Source: a virus
Lineage: Duplodnaviria > Caudoviricetes
IMG/VR virus record: IMGVR_UViG_3300036987_000202
Span: 7,253-71,252 of that record
DNA: 64,000 nt
Direction: 5' to 3' (one strand)
The translations under genes were made by a program, and so were the position numbers. How positions within the stretch are numbered: position 1 is the first letter of the stretch; each line of letters starts with the position of its first letter. The notes beneath the pieces were generated by a model, which saw only the letters and a list, made by a program, of their open reading frames with translations, had not been told where the DNA came from and searched no databases. Shown here in pieces: positions 45,272 to 54,728 of the stretch.

Positions 45272-48200
45272 ATGTCATTTGCCAAGATACTTGAAAAGTA
45301 CCGCAAATTATCTTTCTCCGAGAGAGACAAGGGTGATCGCTTTGAAAGACTCATGCAGGCATATCTCCAGACAGACCTGAAATATGCATATCTATTTAAT
45401 AAAGTATGGTTATGGAGCGAGTTCCCCAGCAGAGATGATCTTGGGGGAACCGATATCGGCATAGATTTAGTCGCACAGACAACCGAAGGTCATTATTGGG
45501 CAATTCAATGTAAATGCTTCCAGGAAACCACTTATATAGACAAACCAGCCGTTGACACATTCCTTTCAACCTCAAGCAAAGAGTTTAGGGATGACGCCGG
45601 AAAAAAAACACGTTTTTCTCACCGCCTCTGGATATCAACGACAAACAAATGGGGAAGCAATGCGACAGAGGCTATCACAAACCAGCATCCCCCCGTTACC
45701 AGGCTCAATTTGTATGACTTACAGGAATCCGCGGTAGATTGGGAAAAACTCGATAAGGGTATTACCGGGGATAAGTCACGGATCGCTAAAAAGACCATCA
45801 AGCCCCATCAAAAAGAAGCCGTCGATAAAACACGCGAGTATTTTAAAAATGCAGACCGCGGGAAACTAATAATGGCCTGCGGCACCGGGAAAACATTTAC
45901 CGCATTGAGAATTGCCGAAAACGAGACAGGCGGGAAAGGGTTTATCCTGTTTTTGGTACCCTCGATAGCCCTGATGGGTCAAATGTTACGAGAGTGGACC
46001 GCGGATGCAATCGAGCCAATTCATGCTATTTGCATTTGTTCCGATCCCGCCGTTTCCAGGAAGAAATCGAAGGTCGAAGATACTGACAGCTTCAGCGTTG
46101 TTGATTTGGCCCTCCCCGCCTCTACCGATGTCAAATCCATAGTATCTCAGCTTACTAAAGCGAAATCATCCGGCATGACCGTCGTATTTTCAACCTATCA
46201 GTCGATAGATGTTATTGCACAGGCACAGAAAGAACTCCTCAAGGGGAATAAACCCTTGGGAGAGTTTGATCTGATAATCTGTGATGAGGCCCATAGAACT
46301 ACTGGCGTATCCCTTACCAGTGAGGATTCATCTGCTTTTATAAAGGTCCACGACAATAAGTATTTAAGGGGGAAGAAGCGTATTTACATGACGGCAACCC
46401 CTCGCCTGTATAGCGATGATGCCAAAAGCAAAGCGGCCCAGGCAGAGGCCATTTTATGCTCCATGGATGATGAATCCCTCTACGGTCAGGAAATATACCG
46501 GATCGGGTTCGGTGAATCCGTTGAAAGGGACTTGTTGACCGACTACAAGGTCCTTATTCTCACCCTGAACGACAGGGATGTGCCCCCGGCAATCCAGAAA
46601 ATGATATCCGATAAAAACAGCGAAATCGATACCGATGATGCCTCCAAACTTATCGGCTGTATAAATGCCCTTTCAAAACAAATACTCGGGGATGAGGGAG
46701 TCATTAAAGAAAACGATCCCGAGCCGATGAAACGAGCGGTTGCGTTTTGTCCAAAGATCGTAGTTTCCAAGAAAATAACAGCCACATTCAATACTGCCAC
46801 CAGCGCGTACATTGATTCCTTACCGCCGGATAAGAAAGAAAAGATGGTTTCTGTTTCATCCAAGCACATCGATGGAACCATGAACGCCCCCGAAAGGGAT
46901 GAACTGCTTGGCTGGCTCAAAGAAGAACAGGACGATGAGTGTCGCATTTTAACCAATGTTCGCTGTCTCAGCGAGGGTGTTGACGTGCCCTCTCTCGATG
47001 CGGTGATGTTCCTCTCTGCAAGAAACTCCCAGGTCGATGTCGTGCAATCTGTTGGCCGGGTCATGCGGAAATCCCCAGGAAAGAAGTACGGCTACATCAT
47101 TATTCCCGTGCTCATCCCCTCTCATATTGCACCCGACAAGGCCCTGGACGATAACGAACGCTATAAGGTAGTCTGGACCGTCCTTAACGCTCTCCGTGCC
47201 CACGATGACCGTTTTAACGCCACGGTAAACAAGATTGAACTGAATAAAAAGCGGCCCGATCAGATATTGGTAGGTCGTACCGAATATTCCTATGATGATA
47301 ATGGCAATCCGGTATCCAACAATGTCGATAATCTCAAGTCCGATTACGGCTCTGCAATCAGCAACCAGCTTTATTTGCAATTTGAGCAGCTCCAGGGGGT
47401 CGTTTTTGCCCGCATGGTGCAGAAAGTGGGTGACCGCCGCTATTGGGAGCAATGGGCAAAAAGCGTTGCGGATATAGCGGATAAACAACTGGATCGCATT
47501 GATCGTCTGATTAAAACAGACGGAAGCCATAAAAAGGCTTTTGAAAATTTCTTGCTGGGCCTCCAAAAGAATATCAATCCCAGCATAACCCATAATGAAG
47601 CAGTTGAAATGCTCTCCCAGCATATCATCACAAAGCCGGTGTTTGAGGCACTATTTGACGGGTATTCTTTCGTCAAAAGCAATGCGATATCCGTATCCAT
47701 GCAAACCATGCTTGACCTCCTGGAAGCCCAGGCAGTCGAAAAAGATACTTTTATCCTCGATAAGTTTTATGATTCCGTCCGAAAACGGGCATCCGGTATT
47801 GATAATGCCGAGGGAAAGCAGCGGATCATCATAGAACTGTACGACAAGTTTTTTAAGGCTGCGTTTCCCAAAATGGTGGAGCGGCTGGGAATCGTCTATA
47901 CTCCCGTCGAGGTAGTTGATTTCATTATTCACTCGGTCAATGATGTGCTCCAAAAGGAGTTTGGACGCACTATCTCCGATGAAAACATCCATATCCTCGA
48001 CCCCTTTACTGGTACGGGAACCTTCATCACCAGGCTATTACAGAGCGGCTTGATCGACAAAAAGGACTTTAAACGAAAGTATCACAAAGAAATCCACGCC
48101 AATGAGATCGTCCTCCTGGCCTATTATATCGCCGCGGTTAATATCGAAAGTGCATATCACGATCTCCTGGGGGACGGCAAGGAATACCAGAGCTTCGACG

Positions 48201-50134
48201 GTATTTGTCTTACTGACACCTTCCAGCTTGGGGAGACACCCGACAGCGAAAAGCTCTTTTCAGAGATGTTTCCGCAGAACTCCGAGCGGGTTGCGGCTCA
48301 AAAGAAAGCCCCTATCCGGGTTATTATTGGGAATCCTCCTTACTCTGTAGGGCAAAAGTCGGCTAATGATAATGCTCAAAACCAGAGCTACCTGAGACTT
48401 GAACAGAGGATTGCCGACACATACGCCAAGGAGACAGATGCTACCAATAAAAACTCTCTCTACGATACCTACATCAAAGCCTTTCGTTGGGCATCAGATC
48501 GGCTTGAAAAGCAAAACGGTGGTATTATCTGCTTTGTATCAAATGGCTCATGGATCGATGGTAATGCCCAGGATGGTTTTCGTAAATGTATCGAGAGGGA
48601 ATTTTCAGCAGTTTATGTTTTCAACACAAGGGGTAATGCCAGAACACAGGGGGAATTGAGAAGAAAGGAGGCCGGTAATGTTTTTGGTGGTGGTTCACGA
48701 ACTCCGATTTCAATTACTCTGTTAGTAAAAAATCCAAAAGCCAAGACTGATAAAGCCACCATCAATTACTATGATATAGGCGATTATTTAAACCGTGAAG
48801 AAAAGCTCGACATATTAAGGAAGCACCATTCCATCTCAAATCCGGGAATAAACTGGAGTACCATCGTCCCCAATGAGCACGGGGATTGGATAAGCATGAG
48901 AAATGATGCGTTTGAATTCTTTATTCCGCTTGAACCAGAAAAAAAGTATGAATTACATCCTTCTTGTTTTTTCATACTTAACTCAAGGGGAAATGAGTCA
49001 ACAAGGGACTCATGGGTTTATAATTCATCAAAAAATGTACTGCTCCATAATATGAAATCAATGATTGAATATTATAATCAACAAGTGGATACTTTTTCAA
49101 TAGCACGGCATAAGAATCCAAACATAACTACAGACCAAATTATTAGTACCGACAGTACAAAAATCAGTTGGTCGAGCAGTTTGATTTCACATTTAGAAAA
49201 GTGTAACCATGCAAAGTTTGAAAAAAATAAAATCGATTATAGCATTTATCGCCCTTTTTATAAACAATTTTTATACCGTGGAGAAAAGATTATTCACCGG
49301 CGTGGTCAACATGACTCAATTTATCCAAATTCGTCTATTAACAACCTATCAATCTGCGTTTCAGGGGTCGGTGTCACTAACGATTTTTCAGCTATTGTTA
49401 CCGATACCCTTCCAGATTTAGAATTGATTGGAAAATCACAATGCTTCCCCCTCTATTATTACGAGGAGCGCTCCGACCACAATCCCTCTCTTTTTGATGC
49501 GGAAACCGAAGGAAAATTCATCAGGTATGATGGCGTGACCGACTTTATCCTGGATCGTGCAAAGAAACAGTACGGCAAGAACGTCACCAAGGAAGATATC
49601 TTCTACTACGTCTACGGCTTCCTCCATAGCCCGGAATACAGGATCACCTTTGCAAATGACCTGAAAAAGATGCTCCCCAGGCTCCCCCTGGTCGATGATC
49701 CCAAGGATTTCTGGAAATTCAGTAAAGCCGGTCGGGAGCTTGCCGACCTCCATATCAACTACGAGAGGGTCAAACCCTACCCCGGTGTTAAAGTGACCGG
49801 CGATGATGGTAAATCCTATCTCGTCGAGAAAATACGCTTTCCGGCCAAGGATAAAAAGGACACCATCCTCTATAATAGCCGAATCACGGTGTCAGACATA
49901 CCCGATAAAGCCTATGAATACGTCGTCAATGGCAGGAGCGCAATCGAATGGATCATGGAGCGTTACCAGGTCAAGGTTGACAAGGACAGCGGCATCAAAA
50001 ATGACCCGAACGATTGGGCCAAGGAAGTAAGCAATCCGCGGTATATCCTTGATCTGCTGTTAAGCATAATCACTGTCAGCGTCAAGACGGTGGAAATTGT
50101 GAGCGGGCTGCCGAAGTTGAAATTTGATTCTTAA
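45272..50134 (+). CDS. Type ISP restriction-modification enzyme (LlaGI/LlaBIII-like)
   Basis: Mrr-like DIGIDLV...IQCK; helicase MACGTGKT, DEAH, SEGVDVP; MTase LDPFTGTG, GNPPY; C-terminal TRD; probable start MSFAK at 45272. Confidence 0.92.
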   Translation: MSFAKILEKYRKLSFSERDKGDRFERLMQAYLQTDLKYAYLFNKVWLWSEFPSRDDLGGTDIGIDLVAQTTEGHYWAIQCKCFQETTYIDKPAVDTFLSTSSKEFRDDAGKKTRFSHRLWISTTNKWGSNATEAITNQHPPVTRLNLYDLQESAVDWEKLDKGITGDKSRIAKKTIKPHQKEAVDKTREYFKNADRGKLIMACGTGKTFTALRIAENETGGKGFILFLVPSIALMGQMLREWTADAIEPIHAICICSDPAVSRKKSKVEDTDSFSVVDLALPASTDVKSIVSQLTKAKSSGMTVVFSTYQSIDVIAQAQKELLKGNKPLGEFDLIICDEAHRTTGVSLTSEDSSAFIKVHDNKYLRGKKRIYMTATPRLYSDDAKSKAAQAEAILCSMDDESLYGQEIYRIGFGESVERDLLTDYKVLILTLNDRDVPPAIQKMISDKNSEIDTDDASKLIGCINALSKQILGDEGVIKENDPEPMKRAVAFCPKIVVSKKITATFNTATSAYIDSLPPDKKEKMVSVSSKHIDGTMNAPERDELLGWLKEEQDDECRILTNVRCLSEGVDVPSLDAVMFLSARNSQVDVVQSVGRVMRKSPGKKYGYIIIPVLIPSHIAPDKALDDNERYKVVWTVLNALRAHDDRFNATVNKIELNKKRPDQILVGRTEYSYDDNGNPVSNNVDNLKSDYGSAISNQLYLQFEQLQGVVFARMVQKVGDRRYWEQWAKSVADIADKQLDRIDRLIKTDGSHKKAFENFLLGLQKNINPSITHNEAVEMLSQHIITKPVFEALFDGYSFVKSNAISVSMQTMLDLLEAQAVEKDTFILDKFYDSVRKRASGIDNAEGKQRIIIELYDKFFKAAFPKMVERLGIVYTPVEVVDFIIHSVNDVLQKEFGRTISDENIHILDPFTGTGTFITRLLQSGLIDKKDFKRKYHKEIHANEIVLLAYYIAAVNIESAYHDLLGDGKEYQSFDGICLTDTFQLGETPDSEKLFSEMFPQNSERVAAQKKAPIRVIIGNPPYSVGQKSANDNAQNQSYLRLEQRIADTYAKETDATNKNSLYDTYIKAFRWASDRLEKQNGGIICFVSNGSWIDGNAQDGFRKCIEREFSAVYVFNTRGNARTQGELRRKEAGNVFGGGSRTPISITLLVKNPKAKTDKATINYYDIGDYLNREEKLDILRKHHSISNPGINWSTIVPNEHGDWISMRNDAFEFFIPLEPEKKYELHPSCFFILNSRGNESTRDSWVYNSSKNVLLHNMKSMIEYYNQQVDTFSIARHKNPNITTDQIISTDSTKISWSSSLISHLEKCNHAKFEKNKIDYSIYRPFYKQFLYRGEKIIHRRGQHDSIYPNSSINNLSICVSGVGVTNDFSAIVTDTLPDLELIGKSQCFPLYYYEERSDHNPSLFDAETEGKFIRYDGVTDFILDRAKKQYGKNVTKEDIFYYVYGFLHSPEYRITFANDLKKMLPRLPLVDDPKDFWKFSKAGRELADLHINYERVKPYPGVKVTGDDGKSYLVEKIRFPAKDKKDTILYNSRITVSDIPDKAYEYVVNGRSAIEWIMERYQVKVDKDSGIKNDPNDWAKEVSNPRYILDLLLSIITVSVKTVEIVSGLPKLKFDS

Positions 50135-50218
50135 ACGATAATCCAATGTCAAAGATAATCCAAGATTTAGCTATATTATTTATCGCTTATTTCTCCCAGA
50201 ATTAATGCGAAGTTATTA

Positions 50219-50254
50219 CGGGTATGTTTAGTTATATGCCATTGCCCCGCCCCT
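50219..50254 (+). other. Left recombination site of the cassette array (attI-like or half site)
   Basis: CGGGTATGTTTA-GTTATATGCC; 50231-53 is the reverse complement (1 mismatch) of the end of cassette 1 (51890-912). Confidence 0.6.
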
Positions 50255-50321
50255 TGTGGGAATGAAATATTTTTGCAAAATAACCGGCATCCGTGCCGGA
50301 TGTAATAGAAGAAATAGATAA

Positions 50322-51239
50322 ATGAATTATATAATAATATCAAACTATTATCCAGAACATGACTATGATATTAGTGATGGTCAATTATTAAGAGTGGTAA
50401 AAAACCCTTATAATATTGATAATTATAAAAATGGCAAGCTAACTCCATTAAATGGTCAAATCTGGAATTATTTAATAACAATATCAGATTCCTTTGATGA
50501 TTTAAGAGATTTGATCTTTTTCCATACCTTTATAACAAATAATAGTCAAACTTATCATTATGCAGAAAATTCAAATAAGCTATCATTTGAAGATGAAGAA
50601 CTTGAATTTGTTAAAGATAGGAGTTTAATTATTGATGGAGGTCTTATACATATTGTTGATTTTAATAAATTTCCACTTTTAATGAATTGTAATCAAATTC
50701 TAGAAGAACATAAAATTTTTAAATTTATAGATTATGGTAAAAGTTTTAAAAAGTTTCTCGAATTAAAGAATGTAAAATTAAATGGAATGTCTTCAAAGTA
50801 TAATTTATATGATTTGATATGTTTATATGTTTTTGCAAAAAATTTTGAAATAACCCATAGATTATATAGAAATTCAAATATACCACTTTCATTTTATATA
50901 ACTATATTAGAAGCATTAATTGGTGAGCCTGCAAGCTGTAATTCTCCATTGCATTGTAATGAATGTGAAACAAATATTTCTCGTCATTATAAAATTACAT
51001 TAGAGAAACATTTTACTCAATATTTTAATCAATTTAAAAAGATTAGAAAGATTAGACATTCAACCTTTCATGGTGGCAGTTCTTTTGATTCTATGAAATA
51101 TTTATCAGATTTGCTTAATAGTAATTCAAATTGGGATAATGATAAAAAATATCTTCTTTACCAACATAACCGTGAAGAAATTGAATGTGTTATACGAATA
51201 TTATTAACTAGCGAATTATATAATTATTGCCAGAATTAA
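50322..51239 (+). CDS. HEPN-domain protein (ApeA-like), candidate RNase
   Basis: YITILEALIG...C..C insertion...IRKIRHSTFHGG (R-x4-H). Confidence 0.65.
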   Translation: MNYIIISNYYPEHDYDISDGQLLRVVKNPYNIDNYKNGKLTPLNGQIWNYLITISDSFDDLRDLIFFHTFITNNSQTYHYAENSNKLSFEDEELEFVKDRSLIIDGGLIHIVDFNKFPLLMNCNQILEEHKIFKFIDYGKSFKKFLELKNVKLNGMSSKYNLYDLICLYVFAKNFEITHRLYRNSNIPLSFYITILEALIGEPASCNSPLHCNECETNISRHYKITLEKHFTQYFNQFKKIRKIRHSTFHGGSSFDSMKYLSDLLNSNSNWDNDKKYLLYQHNREEIECVIRILLTSELYNYCQN

Positions 51240-51322
51240 TAATATAATATTATTTATATATGCTATCCAAGCTCAATATCGTATTTGTTTAAATTAATTT
51301 ACACTCAACAAAGAGGAATTGT

Positions 51323-51790
51323 ATGAATAAAATAATAATAATTGTTGGTCTACCTGGCTCAGGAAAAACAACCTTTTTAAATTCCGAATTCGGAAATCAT
51401 GATAATCTCATAATCTTTGATGATTACAAAGCTAGTGCAGTTCTTAATTGCTCAGATTTTACTTACAGTAAGAATTACCCAGAATTAATAAATCAAATTT
51501 GTAGCGCAGAAAAGGACATCGTCATTTCCGATATTTCATTTTGCAATTTTGAATCCTTCATTCAAAGTAAAGAAATTATTGAATGGTGGATTGAACAATC
51601 AAATAATAATTATATTATAAGGATTATAATTTTCGAGAATGATCCGGAAAAATGTATTGAAAACGTAAAGAAAGACACCAAAAAGAGAAACGTTGATGAT
51701 AGAATTAATAAAATTAAAGAATTTAGCCCGAACTTTTTTCCTAAAAAATATATAATTGATGGTGAAATACAATCGATAGGCGGCATTTAA
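51323..51790 (+). CDS. Small P-loop NTPase/kinase
   Basis: IIIVGLPGSGKTT Walker A; IFDD. Confidence 0.75.
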   Translation: MNKIIIIVGLPGSGKTTFLNSEFGNHDNLIIFDDYKASAVLNCSDFTYSKNYPELINQICSAEKDIVISDISFCNFESFIQSKEIIEWWIEQSNNNYIIRIIIFENDPEKCIENVKKDTKKRNVDDRINKIKEFSPNFFPKKYIIDGEIQSIGGI

Positions 51791-51903
51791 TTTGGAATCA
51801 AACTTAAGCATATGAAATGATTATTCAATTTATATAAATCAATGTAAATATTTCAAGCTCAACATCCTGTTTCGCTTGAAAACTTAACGGGGGCGGGGCA
51901 ACG

Positions 51904-52003
51904 GCATATAACAAAGCATATAAGCTGCGCTCCCTGCGGTCGCTTGGCCTTCGGCACATTGCGGCAAAAGGCCGCCGCAACGTCTTATATGCTTGAAACG
52001 TTA
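51904..52003 (+). repeat. attC-like site of cassette 1, interrupted by the intron in its R' core
   Basis: GCATATAAC-AAA-GCATATAAG...CTTATATGC-TTGAAAC-GTTA; removing the intron restores GTTAGGC (GTTRRRY). Confidence 0.8.
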
Positions 52004-52668
52004 GTGCGCCAAGCACAGCTTGGCGCCTCTAGCGGGGTGAAAGTCCCCGTCGGGTAAGGGCTAGCCACCCACCCGTACCGAGTGTTGCGTGATAGCCGGT
52101 AACGGTGACACGAAGCGTACACAGGGTACCATATAGGCCGCAGGGGAGACCGCACTCCCTGAAGCACATTGAGCCCCGTAATAATGGGCCTCGTTAAAAC
52201 GGGGAATACGCGGACGGCGATGTTTTTAACGTACCAGAAGCCAACATGGCGGTAGACGATATGGCAAGACTACCGTTGGTCCGTCGGGGTCAGAGAACGC
52301 GGCATGTATGGAGAGAGGCGTCAGGAACTTGGGAGACCCTGCTCGCTCCTGTGAAAGCAGGTAGGTCTATCCAATCGAAACAGAGGACGACTGATGGCGG
52401 GTGGGGAGTCGGATCAGCCCATACTACTCCGAGGACGGGAAAGCCGGCCACATGGGGAAGGGGCTGACGGAAATACGTAGTCCACAAAGGAAACCTGTAC
52501 CGGACATGCAGGACTGGATACTACAGAAAAACCTCACTGAGGAGAATAGCAAAGTCCTTCGATTTAGAAGGATTGCGGAAGCGAGTATTCTCGAAGAGCC
52601 CGGTGCGGTAATTCCGCACGCCGGGATCTGTGCGGGGGCCGCCGGGCAACCGGCGGTTCTACCGTGAC
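52004..52668 (+). ncRNA. Group II intron ribozyme without a functional RT ORF (665 nt)
   Basis: 5' GTGCG; domain V GAGCCCGGTGCGGTAATTCCGCACGCCGGGATC (52596-628) with AGC triad and AC bulge; domain VI with bulged A; 3' ...GTGAC. Confidence 0.9.
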
Positions 52669-52781
52669 GGCGCCATGTTTTTGTAACTATTTTCAGTTTT
52701 TGACATCTAAATAAATTGTTAATTGACAAAATTATTATCTAATCAATAATTCAGTCATTCTCCAACATACATGGGCATATA

Positions 52782-53528
52782 ATGAAAATTGTACAAATTC
52801 ATGCTGCGATAAATTTTAAAATTGAACCCGATATATTATTATCTGTTGGAAACAATATTAAAAAACTTCAAAAAGAAGTTAAAGTAAATGTTCAAATACT
52901 GAATGTACCTAAAGCTTCCCCACCAGAGACACCTAGAATTGTTATCTTTTCTCCAAATGCGATTATTAATATTTGCTTAAGCAGATATGATATTATTGTT
53001 AAAATTCCAAAACAGATAGAAGATAATATTGATTCTTCTTTAGATTATGCAAAAAATGTAATTACAAAATTTATTCCTTTTTTAATTCATGAGAATTTCC
53101 AATATTTATGGACAGGTATTGTTATAAATTCAGAAAAAGCTTTCGATATTAAAAATAGTAAATCGATTGAACTTATGACTCCATTTTATGATAAGCTAAT
53201 AAATATTGATCGGAACAATATGAAATTATCTTCTTTTCAGTTACAATTTGGTTTTGAGGAAAATAATTTATATAAAAACTATACCATTTCTGGATATGAT
53301 AAAATTAATATAGCGATTCCAGGTAATATTATTGGAGAAAGTTCAATCACTATTGATTTGCAGAAAGCGAAAATTTCTGAGTCTGGTTTACAAGTTATTG
53401 TAGATGTTAACAATAGAACAAATATTAATGTCTTAGGCATCGATCAAGATTTTATTAATCTTTTACATGAAGTAAGTAATACATATAAATTATTACCTAA
53501 TACTCTCAACATTGAAGGATTAATATGA
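52782..53528 (+). CDS. Cassette-2 protein 1 (TIGR04255-like, tentative)
   Basis: 248 aa; PPETPRIV and VIVDVNN features recalled for this family; first of three coupled genes. Confidence 0.45.
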   Translation: MKIVQIHAAINFKIEPDILLSVGNNIKKLQKEVKVNVQILNVPKASPPETPRIVIFSPNAIINICLSRYDIIVKIPKQIEDNIDSSLDYAKNVITKFIPFLIHENFQYLWTGIVINSEKAFDIKNSKSIELMTPFYDKLINIDRNNMKLSSFQLQFGFEENNLYKNYTISGYDKINIAIPGNIIGESSITIDLQKAKISESGLQVIVDVNNRTNINVLGIDQDFINLLHEVSNTYKLLPNTLNIEGLI

Positions 53529-53899
53529 AACAATCTTATGCGACTAAAATACCAACTACTGCACCTCAGACTCCAATTTTTGATTTTTCAAGTTTTGAAA
53601 GATTTCAAGAATCAAAAACAAATGATGATGTTTCAAATGAAATAATTAATATTATTCTTAATAACGATAAATTTGAAGCTTATGTTAAGGATATGATCGA
53701 AGGTATTATATTTAACCAGTGGACAAAGCGAATGACATCTGTTACTGCAATATCAGATGATCCTTTTGATGCTATTTACATTGCAGATTTAAAACCTGAT
53801 TTCATCCATAAAAAGTATATTGAAACCCTTAAATATCATGCTTTAAATATAATTGATAAATCACACGAATTAATCATTGATGATGGCTGGGATGATTAA
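53525..53899 (+). CDS. Cassette-2 protein 2, acidic hypothetical
   Basis: 124 aa, overlaps the upstream stop, acidic C-terminus IIDDGWDD. Confidence 0.6.
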   Translation: MKQSYATKIPTTAPQTPIFDFSSFERFQESKTNDDVSNEIINIILNNDKFEAYVKDMIEGIIFNQWTKRMTSVTAISDDPFDAIYIADLKPDFIHKKYIETLKYHALNIIDKSHELIIDDGWDD

Positions 53900-54439
53900 A
53901 TGTATTTAGATAATTCAAAATTTGAAAAAGACATTTTAAGACAGGGTGACATTATAAAAAATGTCCTACTATTAGGTGCTATTAATTTAAACGGGATACA
54001 ATACAATATTGACCAACAGGGGAATAAGAAAGGGTGGACAGTATCACAACAACCTAAATTTTCTGAAGCAATTGTACTTTCTCACTCTTGTGAAATTGAT
54101 ACTAGTAATAGAATAAAATTAACAAGTATTATTCTTGCTCCTTTAAGGGATATCAATAAAGCAACCGCTAAAACCACAATAGATGAATTAAAAAGTAGTA
54201 ATATTATTAATTCAGATACTAAATTTAGTTTCTTAAAATACTTTTATATAGAGCCTAATTCATTTTTAACATATCCCGATGGTGCTATCATTGATTTTTC
54301 TAAATGTTTCAGTGTAAAAAAAGAATCATACAATAACCTTTTAACAAATAAAATTCTCTCCCTAACAAATGAAGCAGCTGATTGTATGGCTCTTAAATTT
54401 GGGTTATACTTTTATCGTAACACCCTTCACGTCGCATAA
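53900..54439 (+). CDS. Cassette-2 protein 3, possible toxin-like protein
   Basis: LRQGDII...IVLSHSCEID...IIDFSK motifs; starts right after the upstream stop. Confidence 0.5.
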   Translation: MYLDNSKFEKDILRQGDIIKNVLLLGAINLNGIQYNIDQQGNKKGWTVSQQPKFSEAIVLSHSCEIDTSNRIKLTSIILAPLRDINKATAKTTIDELKSSNIINSDTKFSFLKYFYIEPNSFLTYPDGAIIDFSKCFSVKKESYNNLLTNKILSLTNEAADCMALKFGLYFYRNTLHVA

Positions 54440-54444
54440 TAATA

Positions 54445-54510
54445 CAAAAACACGGCGCCCAACTAAGCATACCCGCTTCGTCGCTGCACTCCTCGGCCTT
54501 CGGAAAATCG
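54445..54510 (+). repeat. Truncated attC-like site of cassette 2 (5' half only)
   Basis: AAAAACACGGCGCCCAAC is complementary to the restored cassette start GTTA/GGCGCCATGTTTTT; CTCGGCCTTCGG matches attC1; 3' arm missing. Confidence 0.65.
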
Positions 54511-54728
54511 CCCAGGACTGCATCAGTCCATTATCCAGAATGGTATAATGGTGTTTTGCCATGTCCTAGGGGCGTGGCCGGGCGCAGGGGTCCAGGTCAA
54601 ACTCTCCTAAGACTGCCAGGATATCCGGTAGGGTCAGCCACTCATCCTTTCCCATGCGTTGTGATTGATTGATGCCCGCACATGCCGCGGCCAGGTAGTG
54701 CGTCGATATTGAATAGCAGGCTATTCAT
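54510..54728 (-). pseudogene. Phage Dam-like N6-adenine methyltransferase remnant
   Basis: GHQSQRMGKDEWLT.PDIL..LGEFDLDPCA...RP*...HYTILDNGLMQSW; 4-nt duplication frameshift, internal TAG, truncated before NPPY. Confidence 0.75.

Larger units (their letters stand above)
45200..54510 (+). mobile_element. AT-rich accessory/defence island inserted against the phage gene flow
   Basis: All genes on the plus strand, visibly lower GC; right end truncates a phage methylase gene. Confidence 0.85.

Noticed and set aside
52401-52667. 88-aa ORF as a functional maturase
   Set aside because: It has no RT motifs and overlaps the ribozyme domains; only terminal remnants remain.
54509-54574. Apparent inner hairpin completing attC2
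   Set aside because: The sequence translates on the minus strand as the Dam-like remnant, and the required 3' L'/R' arm is absent.
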